From Selaginella moellendorffii (taxonomy: Eukaryota > Plantae > Lycopodiophyta), in contig NW_003314272.1 of assembly GCF_000143415.4 (NCBI RefSeq), positions 163,729 to 227,728 of the forward strand: DNA of 64,000 nt. Reading direction: 5' to 3'. This document shows, one piece after another, positions 26,790 through 37,222 of the stretch (the first letter of the stretch is position 1; every line of letters begins with the position of its first letter). Made by a program: the position numbers and the translations under genes. Below the pieces are notes generated by a model, which was not told the origin of the DNA, searched no databases, and saw nothing but the letters and a program-made list of their open reading frames with translations.

Positions 26790-27148
26790 CTCGGACCGAT
26801 CTCTGTCGTCTACACTGTTCGGGGAATCGGGCTTGGTGGAGACGACAAATCTTGTAGCGACTCCAAACTTCGGCTTCTAGCAAACGCAAAGGATCTAGAT
26901 TACGGGGCACGGAACAGGTTATTTCCAAAGATACGCAAAACCAGCAGCCTTCATCAAGCAGCTTATCAGGGAGGATTTTTCGCGTCTTTCCAAGGTTGGG
27001 AGCCGTCTCAAGAATGTGGTGGGTCAGCAGTGACTAATTTTCTTTCGTTTTGCAGAAGCAAAAATGCATCTTTGCTGGCTATGGCCGTGTGTGTGAAGAA
27101 GTCAGGGGGGAAGGATTCCACAGCAGGAGCGTTCACCTGGTAACGTCC

Positions 27149-28275
27149 ATGAAGCAGCAATACCTAATCGCGATGCCAGCAACTGTCGCTTCCCTCCAAT
27201 TGGCTGCTCTCCATCGACTACGGCCCCGATTCTTCACGGGAATCTCTGTCAAAGAGGCATTTTTTGGTGGCCGGAGAGCACGAAGAGATGCGGCTCTAGC
27301 GGTTCGTGCGACGAAGAAGAGCAGCAGCGGGGACAACAATGGTTTCAATGGCAACGGGAAGAAAGTCCCTCGTTTCGGCACGCCATTTCCAGATGGAAAC
27401 TCGGAGATTGACAGCCCCGTGCCATGGGACCAACTTCCTATCAACGAGTTCAACAGCTTACAGGAATCCCAGTACTTCTCCTGGGCCGTGGAGAGCGTCT
27501 GGCTTTACTCGATGAAGATTGGTGGGATTGCTGCGTGCTGTACCGTGTTCTTGGGATGGCCGGTCGCGTCACTCAGCGTGAATCCAGAGTCCGACTTGCT
27601 CAAGTGCACACTCGGGGCTTTGAGTGGGGGTCTCATGGGTGCAACGTTAGCAGCTTTACGACTCTACCTTGGCTGGGCACACATCGGAGATCGTCTGTTC
27701 AGTGTTACAGTCGAGTGTAAGTACTGCCTAGCGACTGTTGTCTTTGTTTCTCTAAAACACAATTCGCTATTTTCTGCAGACGAGGAGACTGGGTGGTACG
27801 ACGGCCAGGTATGTAAAATGAGATTTTCGGTGCAGACTTAGAGAGACTGAGACAGCTCGTTATTTTCTAGACTTGGATCAAACCCCCGGAAGTTTTAGCT
27901 CGCGATCGGCTGGTTGGCGCTTACACGGTACGAAAAACAGGAAAAAAAAATTTTTAAGCTCGGCTCAAATGGACGCCTTCGTTTTCCTTCCAGGTGAAGC
28001 CAGCTCTCAGCAGGGTGAGAGTGACGCTCATTGGATTGGCAGTCTCGCTCTCCATCTGCGCCGCATTACTCTTCTCCATCCCGGAGACCAGATCCAGCTT
28101 GCTGCTACAGAAGATCCAGACGCAGCCCCCTCCTCCGCGCTCCTCCATCAAAGGCTACAGTGAAAAGTCCGCTAGAACGTACGAGCCAAGCGCGTTCGTG
28201 GGTCCGGACGAGGAATTTACGAGAGCTCCCGGAGTTGAAGATAATGGTGGAGTTCTTCCGGATTTATGTACTTGA
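27149..28275 (+). CDS. CGLD27: CGLD27/Ycf36-like (DUF1230) plastid membrane protein
   Basis: VPWDQLPINEF, LRLYLGWAHIGDRL, YEETGWYDGQTWIKPPEVLARDRL after splicing. Confidence 0.88.
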
Positions 28276-28492
28276 CGCGATGAAAACAAATTTAGGCATA
28301 CCGGAGATTCTCACCTTAAAATGGGCACGTGCAAAATCCCAGTGTGTTAGTTTGGGATGGATAGCTATGGAAGAAGTGGTGGTGTTGTGTAGAATGGATT
28401 TGGGGCGCAAGCACACTTGAGAGAGTGATACTTGATAGATTGATAGCTCGCAAGGACATTTGGTAGATTGCTAGCCAGAGATTTCAATCCAA

Positions 28493-30685
28493 ATGGAGAT
28501 AGACTTTTGCTCGAGGTGGGATGGCTCGATGCAAATTGGGACGCGAGCGAGGGAGGAGGATCTAGTCGGCGATGGTGGCGAATTGGATCTCTGGATGTTC
28601 AGCAACAACAAGCGGCAAAAGACCACCCATGGCGAGGAAGAAGATCACGAGCAAGGGAGGCGCACGGCGCTGCACGACATTCCGGGCTCTATCTTGGCGG
28701 CGATAATCGCTCTGGTGCCCGACACACGCAGCCGCAACGCAGCGTCACTCGTGTGCAAGGAGTGGCACGCAATGGAGCGCGCGACGCGACGCCGGCTGTG
28801 CCTCCGCGGCAGCTCCGCCCAGCTCCACATGCTGCCCACCACCTTCCATGCCGTGCGGCACCTCGACGTCTCCAACGTCTCGCCCTGGGGCACCACGCTG
28901 TACGCCGCCCACTCGGCGGTGTGCGGCCAGCTTACCGCGCGGTGGCTCAACCGGGCCTTCCCCAGCGTCGTGGATCTCACCGTCTACGCCCGCGATGGTA
29001 CGGACATCCAGCTCGTGGCCGCCTCCTGGCCCGACCTTGAGACCGTACGCCTGGTTCGATGGCACCAGCGCCCCACCGGCGCCGGCGGCGATGGCAGCGA
29101 TGGCGGCGACGCCGCCATGGAGCTCCGCGGCCTCCTCTCTTCGTGCCCCCGCCTCACCCATCTCGACCTCTCGCGCTTCTACTGCTGGGCCGAGGACATT
29201 GCGCCCGCGCTCCAGGCCAGCCCATCCGCCAATCTCCGCGTCCTCAACCTCCTCAAGCTCTCGCCCGAGGGATTCAAGGCCGCGGAGCTCCTCGCCATCG
29301 CCGCCGCGTGTGGGATCAACCTCGAGGAGCTCTACGCGCTGTGCGAGTTCGATCCGCGGTTCCTCGACTGCTTGAGCGACGAGTGCCTGATCCAGGTCGC
29401 CGACTACTGCCCGCACCTCCGCGTGCTCCACCTCGTGGATTCCACGCAGTTCTCCGCCAGCCGCGATCCCGCCAGCGATGATCCGGTGTTTGGCGCCCCC
29501 GCGCTCGACGCCAGCGTCACGGTCCGGGGGCTGGAGTCCCTGTTCCAGGCGCTGCCGCTGCTGGAAGATCTCGCGCTGCTGCTAGGCCACAAGGTAAGAG
29601 ACTCCGCCCCGGCATTCGAGGCCCTGGCCAAGAGCTCCAAGAGCGTCCACGCGCTCCACCTCGGCCACTTCCAGGGCTTGTGCTCGGGCAGCAATGGGAT
29701 CGCGCGCTGCGGCGCCGCCGGGCTGCGGACCCTCCAGCTCCGGAGCTGTGACGATCTCACGGACGCCGCGCTGGGCGCCATCGCCAGCGCCAGCCCACAG
29801 ATCTCCTGGCTGGGCCTCCGCCGCTGCCCGCTCGTCACCCCGGCTGGCCTCTCCTCGTGCGTCTCGATTCTCCGCCGGAGTCTCACCCGCGTGGAGATCG
29901 AGTGCTGCCCGACGCTGTCCACGCGCAATCTCCTCCGCGCGCTAGCTCCGGTGCGATCCACGCTCCAGCACCTCCACGTCGATTGCGTGTGGGATGCGGA
30001 CCTGGAAGAAGAAGAACAAGGAGGGGCTGAGCAAGAGCAAGAGCAAGATCAAGCGCTGGATCTCTTCGGAAATCTCGCCTGGAAGAAGCTCCACCACCTC
30101 TCGCTGTGGATCTCGGCAGCGCATCTCATCAGCCCGCTCGTCCAGATGAATCTCATCTCCCACTGCCCGCTCCTCCGCGAGCTCAGCATCCGGGTGGAGG
30201 GCGACTGCCGCCTCTTCGCCAAGCCGCAAGCTCGCGAGTTTGGGCTGCGCTCCTTCGCGCGCTTCCCATCGCTGGCGAGCCTCCGCCTGGATCTCAGCGA
30301 GGCGGTGGGCTACGCGCTCAGTGCCCCCGGCGGCAACCGCGATCTCAGCATCTGGGAGCGCTTCTACCTCCAGGGGATCCAGTCACTGCCCGGCCTCCAG
30401 GAGCTCGACTACTTCCCTCCCTCGGACAAGGACGTGAACTATCGCGGGATGACGCTGCCGGGAGTGGGACTGATCTCGCAGTGCCATGGTCTCCGCAAGC
30501 TCTTCGTGCATGGCACCGCGTACGAGCACCTCTTCATGATGCTGCTCAAGATCTATAACTTGCGCGACGTCCAGCTCCGCGCGGACTACTTCCCGGCCCC
30601 GGATATGGAGACGTCCACCGAGATGAGAGCCGAGTCGTGCAAGCGGTTTGAGACTCTACTCGAGAAGCGTGGCTTCCCCGACTAG
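28493..30685 (+). CDS. MAX2: F-box/LRR protein MAX2/D3 (karrikin/strigolactone signalling); intronless
   Basis: F-box DTRSRNAASLVC, VRLVRWHQRP, LRKLFVHGTAYEH, LRDVQLRADYFPAP...STEMR..SC.RFE C-terminal helix ending in Asp. Confidence 0.96.
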   Translation: MEIDFCSRWDGSMQIGTRAREEDLVGDGGELDLWMFSNNKRQKTTHGEEEDHEQGRRTALHDIPGSILAAIIALVPDTRSRNAASLVCKEWHAMERATRRRLCLRGSSAQLHMLPTTFHAVRHLDVSNVSPWGTTLYAAHSAVCGQLTARWLNRAFPSVVDLTVYARDGTDIQLVAASWPDLETVRLVRWHQRPTGAGGDGSDGGDAAMELRGLLSSCPRLTHLDLSRFYCWAEDIAPALQASPSANLRVLNLLKLSPEGFKAAELLAIAAACGINLEELYALCEFDPRFLDCLSDECLIQVADYCPHLRVLHLVDSTQFSASRDPASDDPVFGAPALDASVTVRGLESLFQALPLLEDLALLLGHKVRDSAPAFEALAKSSKSVHALHLGHFQGLCSGSNGIARCGAAGLRTLQLRSCDDLTDAALGAIASASPQISWLGLRRCPLVTPAGLSSCVSILRRSLTRVEIECCPTLSTRNLLRALAPVRSTLQHLHVDCVWDADLEEEEQGGAEQEQEQDQALDLFGNLAWKKLHHLSLWISAAHLISPLVQMNLISHCPLLRELSIRVEGDCRLFAKPQAREFGLRSFARFPSLASLRLDLSEAVGYALSAPGGNRDLSIWERFYLQGIQSLPGLQELDYFPPSDKDVNYRGMTLPGVGLISQCHGLRKLFVHGTAYEHLFMMLLKIYNLRDVQLRADYFPAPDMETSTEMRAESCKRFETLLEKRGFPD

Positions 30686-31265
30686 AAATCTGGAAGAAAG
30701 CAAGATAAGTTTGTGACATCGATCGTATCGTACCGTACCAGCTATCAAGATGTTCGCGACGAACTCGGATCGATCAACCGAAGCGAGATCGAAAAGTTGG
30801 CAATGCGATCGTGGAAAATAAGCCTTTTCATCCGTTCCTCCGTTCTGGGGAGTTTGATTAGTGTCGTATCAGACGATGTTCTGGAAGGCCACAAAAAGAG
30901 TGACATGACCGACGTACAGAGAGTGATATTATAGAGCGGGGCCAGCCCTTTACCTCAGTGGGAGCAGTGAATAAAGTAGACTCTTCTCGCGAGAAAAAGC
31001 AAGATGAAACAGTCAGCAGCGAGTCCATTAGAAGAATTCCTAGATTATTTTCACCTTTGGAGTCGATTCTTTTCGCCTTCTCGTTGACAAAATATCAAAG
31101 TGAGTCAGGCCGCACAACAAAGGAAAAGAAAAATCGCTCACGTTTAGAAAGAGTGCACCAGATCGTTGCAGCGGCAGAGTGACGAAAATCTCTGCAGGAT
31201 TTTCGATCCTGTAGCATCTCGTCAGGAATAAAGAAAGAAAAAAAGGTAAAAAGGAAGTGTGTACC

Positions 31266-33467
31266 TCAAGATAGAAATTCCCGGCCGCTGAGAAAAAAAT
31301 CCATGTAGCTCCAGCCTGGTCTCTTCTTGATTCCTCTCTGGCTCATGATCCTCCTCACGTTTGTCGCATCGTCCCAGTTCCCAGCAGCAGCATGGGTGTT
31401 CGACAGAAGAAGATAAGCCGACGCATTCTCCGGTTCCAGAGAAAACACTCGCTCGGCAGCAACAGCTCCTCGTCTCGAGTCTCCGATGCTCCGGCATGCG
31501 CTCAGCAAGATCATCCATGCAACCACGTCCGGGTCGAAAGGCATGGCGACGATCAGCTCTTCCGCTTGCTCCAGCTGTCCAGCTCTGCCAAGAAGCCCGA
31601 TCATGCAAAGGTAGAGATCGTAAGGTGGAACGATGGCATAGTCCTCCTGTGCTGAGGTGAAGAAAAACCAAGCATCAGTAAGCATTCCTCCATGGCTGCA
31701 AGCGCACAAAACACTTACGACGACGATCCAGTCCGGAACCAAGCCTCCGAGGTTCAAGTTTTGGAAGAGCTCGATGGCACCAGCCGCACAGCCGTTTTGC
31801 GCGAAAGCCACGATGGTGGCCGTCCAGGAACCTATATCGTGCCTCGGCATTTTCTCGAGCATCGTCCTCGCCTCCATCAAAAGGCCACACTTTCCATACA
31901 TGTTGATCAGAGCCGTGCCAACTGAAATCTCCGAGACAACCCCGCCTTGGACGATGCTTGCATGGATAAGTTTGCCTTCTCGAGGTGCCACAAGGCTTGA
32001 ACATGCCTGTAAAACGCTGGTGTAGGAGACCTTGTCCGCTCGGAAACCTTCCAGATCCATCAGCTTGAACAGCCGAAGAGCAATTTCTGCGTGACCACTT
32101 TCAGCATAGGTTGCGATCATGGAAGTCCATGAAACTGTATCTTGCTCTGGCATTGAATCAAACACCTTCCTCGCGTTGTCCAATTCTTCGCTCCGTGCAT
32201 AGCTTGTGATCATTGTCGTCCAAGCAACAAGATTACGCTGAGGCATTTTCTCGAACACGCACCGAGCAGCTTGCAGCTCCCCGTTGAGAGAGTAGACGCT
32301 GAGCATTGCGTTCCAAGAGACGATGTTTGGTCGTGGAATCCGGCTAAACATCCTCCACGACTCTTGGAGCTGTCCGTTCTGGCCGTAAGCCACCACCATC
32401 GCTGTCCAGGAGATCACATCTCTCTCCTTCATCTCCAAGAACAAGTTTTCGGCCTCTTCAATGTTGCTGCTTTGAGAGTGAGTTTGCACCATGGCGTTCC
32501 ACGAAACCAAGTTCCTCTTCGGCATTTTGTCGAACACACTCCTCGCTTCATCCAGAGCCCGGTTCTGAGCATAAGCCACTATCATCGCGTTCCAAGACAT
32601 GACGTCGTGCTGAGTGACACTGTCAAAGATTTCTTTTGCTTCTTCGGCATCGCCACCTTCAGCATACGCCAGCAGCATTGCAGTGCACGAAGCAACGCTG
32701 TGCTCGGGCATGTCTTCAAAGATTTCTCTCGCAGCATCGATCTTCCCCGACTGAGCGTAAGAGGTGACCATCGCGATCCAGGAAGCTCTATCCCACTCTG
32801 CCATCCGATCAAACACTCCTTTCGTTTCTTCCAGGCTTCCGCGAGCCGAGGAAGCCTGAAGCACCAAGTTCCAAGATATCAAATCCTTCACTGGCAGTCT
32901 GTGAAAAAAATCCCAGGCCTCTCCATGATGCGCGTAGCCTTGCAGCATCGAATTGCAAGTAACCAAGTTCCACCCCGGCATCCCCTCAAACACTCTTCTC
33001 GCATCTTTCAACATTCCAGCCGCGGCATGAGCCGTCACGAGAGCGTTCCACGGAACTAGATTCTTCTCCGGCATCTCATCGAAGACGCGCCTCGCATCGA
33101 CCAAGAATCCATCCTGGCTGTAGATTCCTATCATGGCGGTACAGGAAACCATATCCCTCTGAGGCATTCTCTGGAATACGATCTTGGATCTATCCAAATG
33201 CCCGTTCTCGGCATACGCTCCACACAAGAGCGTCCACGAGAAGACATTCTTCCTGTGGATCCTTGCAAATGCCGCAAGCGATTTCTCCACCTGGCCGCAG
33301 CTCCCATACATCCGGACGAGCAAATTTCCCAAAATCGTTCCGCGATCCATCCCCGTCGCGGCAAAATGCGCGTGGAGCTTCCTGCCTTCGCCAAGATCCC
33401 TGGCATCACCGAGGTGCCGCAGCCAGGAGACGAGGAGATGCGATCCATCGGCGGCCCTCCCGCGCAT
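31266..33467 (-). CDS. PLS-class PPR protein with E domain and PG-box, no DYW; intronless
   Basis: Long run of ~31-aa S-type repeats, ACSHGG, YLLLSN, GIKKRPGWS; first ATG in the ORF is at 33467. Confidence 0.92.
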   Translation of the reverse strand: MRGRAADGSHLLVSWLRHLGDARDLGEGRKLHAHFAATGMDRGTILGNLLVRMYGSCGQVEKSLAAFARIHRKNVFSWTLLCGAYAENGHLDRSKIVFQRMPQRDMVSCTAMIGIYSQDGFLVDARRVFDEMPEKNLVPWNALVTAHAAAGMLKDARRVFEGMPGWNLVTCNSMLQGYAHHGEAWDFFHRLPVKDLISWNLVLQASSARGSLEETKGVFDRMAEWDRASWIAMVTSYAQSGKIDAAREIFEDMPEHSVASCTAMLLAYAEGGDAEEAKEIFDSVTQHDVMSWNAMIVAYAQNRALDEARSVFDKMPKRNLVSWNAMVQTHSQSSNIEEAENLFLEMKERDVISWTAMVVAYGQNGQLQESWRMFSRIPRPNIVSWNAMLSVYSLNGELQAARCVFEKMPQRNLVAWTTMITSYARSEELDNARKVFDSMPEQDTVSWTSMIATYAESGHAEIALRLFKLMDLEGFRADKVSYTSVLQACSSLVAPREGKLIHASIVQGGVVSEISVGTALINMYGKCGLLMEARTMLEKMPRHDIGSWTATIVAFAQNGCAAGAIELFQNLNLGGLVPDWIVVVSVLCACSHGGMLTDAWFFFTSAQEDYAIVPPYDLYLCMIGLLGRAGQLEQAEELIVAMPFDPDVVAWMILLSACRSIGDSRRGAVAAERVFSLEPENASAYLLLSNTHAAAGNWDDATNVRRIMSQRGIKKRPGWSYMDFFLSGREFLS

Positions 33468-33584
33468 CCACACATTAGGGCGAGTGGCAGTGTGGGTTTT
33501 AGTTTGGTCTAGGTTAGGGTTTTTGTGCGCGGCAAGAACTCCCAGTGTAGAAGGCGGCTTTGCGAGCGAGGAGACGCCGCCGAG

Positions 33585-34152
33585 ATGAAGCTCGTGAGGT
33601 ACGTCGGCGCATCTCCATCGCCTCTCCTCTTTCTCTTCCACAGGGTTTAGGGTTCTCGCGCACTGACAGTCTGATTTCTCGCTTCTCCCAGATTTCTGAT
33701 GAAGCTAAACAACGAGACAGTATCCATCGAGCTCAAGAATGGGACTATTGTGAATGGAACAATCACAGGTTTGATCTCTAGGCTAGTTTCTAGCGATTGT
33801 TTTCTCTGATAAGTTTCCCTTTTTCTCTGGTGTGTAGGCGTGGATATCAGCATGAACACCCATCTCAAAGCCGTGAAGCTGGTGTTGAAAGGGAAGAACC
33901 CCGTCACAATGGATCATCTCAGCATCCGAGGGAACAACATCCGCTACTACATTCTACCCGACAGCTTGAATCTCGAGACGCTGCTCGTGGACGATACGCC
34001 CAGAGTGAAGCAGAAGAAACCAGCGGCGGGTATGATCATCCTTGTTCTTCGTGCTTGCTTCTAAATTTGTGCTGCTTTTCTTCCTTCCAGGCAAACCGGC
34101 TGGCCGAGGACGGGGCCGAGGTCGGGGCCGGGGCCGAGGCCGAGGCCGATAG
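33585..34152 (+). CDS. SmD1: Small nuclear ribonucleoprotein Sm D1; 4 exons
   Basis: [49 protein letters not shown]-terminal GR repeats. Confidence 0.97.
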
Positions 34153-34266
34153 GAGTCGACCGGAGTGTATGATATTTTGTGAAAGCAAGAAGCCGCCAGC
34201 CTCCCAGTTAACCGGAAGAAGAAAAAAAAATGGTAGTCCCTCGAGGTTGTATCTTTCCTTTCCATG

Positions 34267-35196
34267 TCAACTCCTTTCGTTCACCATCAATAGTTGCAAG
34301 AGTGCTCCAGCCTTGGACTTTGCCCGCTGCGTTCCGGCCGAGAGCAAGCTACACAGCGCCGAGACGCACACATCGAACTCGATGAGCTTCTCGACGACGG
34401 CGTCGCCGCCCGTTTGACACAGCGCGAGCAGCGCGGCGCTGGCGTGCTCCCGGCACCGCGACGACTCCCCGGGCTCGAGGAGCTCCACCAAGAGGGCCAG
34501 GATCTTGGGCTTGCTCAGCGCCGCCACGCCCTCGTCGCAGGAGGCGAGCTGCGTGAGCAGCGCGAGAGCGTCGGCGGCGGCGTTGTCGACGTTGCCACTG
34601 TCGTCCCTCTTTGGGATTCTAACCCTACGCTCCACCATGGCCAGCAAGATCTCGAGAGTACCTTTGCGGATGATCCTCGACTTGTTTAGCGGCGAGAGGG
34701 AGAGGTGGAAGAGGGCCTTGATCGCGTCCTTCCTGGACCGCGGCGACTCGTGCTGGAGGAGCTCCAGCAGCGCCGTCATCACGCCCTCCTTCTCGCCGAT
34801 TGGATTCCTGTACTCCTCGACCATGAGCACGCTGAAGAGCGTCGTGGCGGCGTTCTGCCGCGATTCCTCCCGCGCGCCGCAGCGCACCGTGTCGGCGATG
34901 CGATCGATCGCGCCGCGCGTCTCCACGATGCGCCCCTTGTTGGCGTGCGCGATGGAGGTGTTGAGGAGGCAAGTGATGGCGTCCTCTTGCACGGCCGGGT
35001 CGGGCGAGGAGAGAAGGCGGACGAGATGGGGGATTGCGCCCGCGTCGCCGATGCATAGCCTGTGATCGTCGTCGCGCTTGGATAGAATCCGCAGCGTGTG
35101 TACCATGTCCTTCTGATCACTCAAAGAGCCCATCACCATGCTCGTCACTAGCGCATCCACCCGGATCATCAACGAATCTAGCGATTCCATATCCAT
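34267..35196 (-). CDS. Armadillo-repeat protein (PUB-type ARM region without a U-box); intronless
   Basis: AGAIPHLVRLL, QNAATTLFS, KDAIKALFHLS, GTQRAKSKAGALL. Confidence 0.85.
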   Translation of the reverse strand: MDMESLDSLMIRVDALVTSMVMGSLSDQKDMVHTLRILSKRDDDHRLCIGDAGAIPHLVRLLSSPDPAVQEDAITCLLNTSIAHANKGRIVETRGAIDRIADTVRCGAREESRQNAATTLFSVLMVEEYRNPIGEKEGVMTALLELLQHESPRSRKDAIKALFHLSLSPLNKSRIIRKGTLEILLAMVERRVRIPKRDDSGNVDNAAADALALLTQLASCDEGVAALSKPKILALLVELLEPGESSRCREHASAALLALCQTGGDAVVEKLIEFDVCVSALCSLLSAGTQRAKSKAGALLQLLMVNERS

Positions 35197-35438
35197 AGCC
35201 GCCGCTAAAAAAGAGCAGCACCCTCCTTCCTCTTGCTTGCTTTTCGTAACAACGTGTCCGTACGAGAAACTGGCATGTGGTCACTTTCCCGTAGGACGCA
35301 CGGCCGCTTGAATGGATCAAAAGAAAACTTCATCTAAAATGGTGGCTCGCAGCGAACCTGGGAGACGCGACCTCCTGTTTTTGCAACGAAATTTTCACAG
35401 CCTTCCTTCGGCCCGAAGGCCCGAGCGATCTTCCTGCG

Positions 35439-36846
35439 CTAGTAGATTTTGTAGTACTGCGATCGGGATGCGCTACGCCTGGCGCAGCAGCCAACCGAGT
35501 AGACGACAATCTGCAAGAGAACAGCGTGAGTCATCGATGACGTAAGGAATAGAATCGCATTTCTTCTTCTCATTTTTTTCCCCGGTACCAGGATGACGAA
35601 GAGGACAACGTTGAAGGTTGACATGCGGCGCCATTTCTTCTTTAAGTACTCCGCCACTCCAGCTCTTTTTCAAGCAAGAAAACAATCCAACCATAAGACG
35701 ACAGGCGACTTCACACACAAAGTAGGTAGCGGATAATGCTTACCTGCAAGAATCGCAGTTGTAGCATTTGGTCTCGCGGTCGTTCTTATACGTTCTGCAG
35801 TCCTTGTTCGAGCTTCGTATCCGAGATGTGAGGTCGTAGAACGTTGAGTTCTTCATCGCAAAGCCACACCTGCAAAACAAGAGATTAGTCCTGGAATTAT
35901 GGAGTTTTCTCTCAACTCAGATGGTGGCCTGCAGCAGCCTGACTCGATCGAGCTCAGCTTGCCGTTCCTCATGCTCCTGATGGTCTGACAACATAAAATC
36001 ACGGAGAATTGTCCAAGAGAAAACGAATAAATGCTTACATACATGATACTTCTTAGGGAGCTCGTTGCATAAGCTAGTTTGCACAAAACAGCTCTTGAGA
36101 TGCTTCCACCTCGCCGGGTCATTCGTCTGACAAAATAAATTGATAAAAAACGTCACAAGGAAAAGAGTTTTAAACCTGTTTCTGGATCCAGTGGGAATAG
36201 TCTCCGAGCCTGTACTCCTTGAATCTGGAAACGACAATTCAAGCATGACATGTCCTTATTCTGACTACTTGAAAAGTAAAATCTCTTACGCTTGACCACT
36301 GATAGCATGTCCAGCGCCTTTGCTTGTCACAACGAACCTGGAGGAACAGCAAGCTTGATTATCAAGCTCAATCAGCATTTGCAACTTACGCAAAAACAGT
36401 GAAAACGGCAACTCCAGCGATCAGGAGGAACAAAACAGTCAGGTACTGTTGCAATGTCAAGGAGAAAAGAAATTGAAGATAGAAAAAGAAAAGGAAGGAT
36501 ACAGTCCACAAGAGGCAAACGTTGTCCCTCCAAGCTCCAACACAGCCAACGAGTGAGCTGTAACACCCAGGAAGAACATTAATTCGCACATTTATTCCAT
36601 GGCTATTCCATGAGGAAAAGGTCTTACAGGATCAAAGAGAACGCTCCAATGACGAGAACAGGAGCCGTGAAAAACTTCTCGCAATCCCCATGCTTGGCAG
36701 CCAGGAAAATCCCGAAAGACAAAATCGCCAGTGACGCAATCTGTGACATCAGATCGAAAATACTTCCCAATGCCGATCGCGCCACATACCAGAGTGATCA
36801 AGTTTATCCAAGTGATCACGAAGGAGCTGATCCGATACCGTCCCAT
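35439..36846 (-). CDS. Tetraspanin, intron-rich TET10-like
   Basis: Four TM segments, EYRLGDYS, SGCCRPP, CYNCDSCK, VYSVGCCA; about 10 introns. Confidence 0.9.
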
Positions 36847-37222
36847 TGTCGAATCCACTGCGCTTGCAAGAAAGAAAAGATTCTCTGCATCGATTCACGG
36901 CGCCAGGATTCACAAACCTGATCGATCGACCGCGCCGTGATCTCACATTCGTGAACCCTAGAAGCACGACGGGCGAACGAAAAAGCTCCCAGGAATGGTA
37001 CTAGCTCGTTACCTAGGAGTTAAAACACTGCATGGGTAATCACGCATCTGGATTGAAAACCTGTCAGTAAATGACACGTGTCTGCTAGCGAGTGGACTAA
37101 ACCTAAGCGGGAAAATATTTGAAAAGTTCCCTGACAGTGACTGCTGCCCTAGAACGTACGAAGGAGAAAGTTACTTTCATGATTTACCGGGGTCATCGAT
37201 CCAAAGATATTCCAGCCCTAAG

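Noticed and set aside
33468-33641. N-terminal extension of the PPR ORF from a GTG start
   Set aside because: Overlaps SmD1 exon 1 and the shared promoter; first ATG is at 33467
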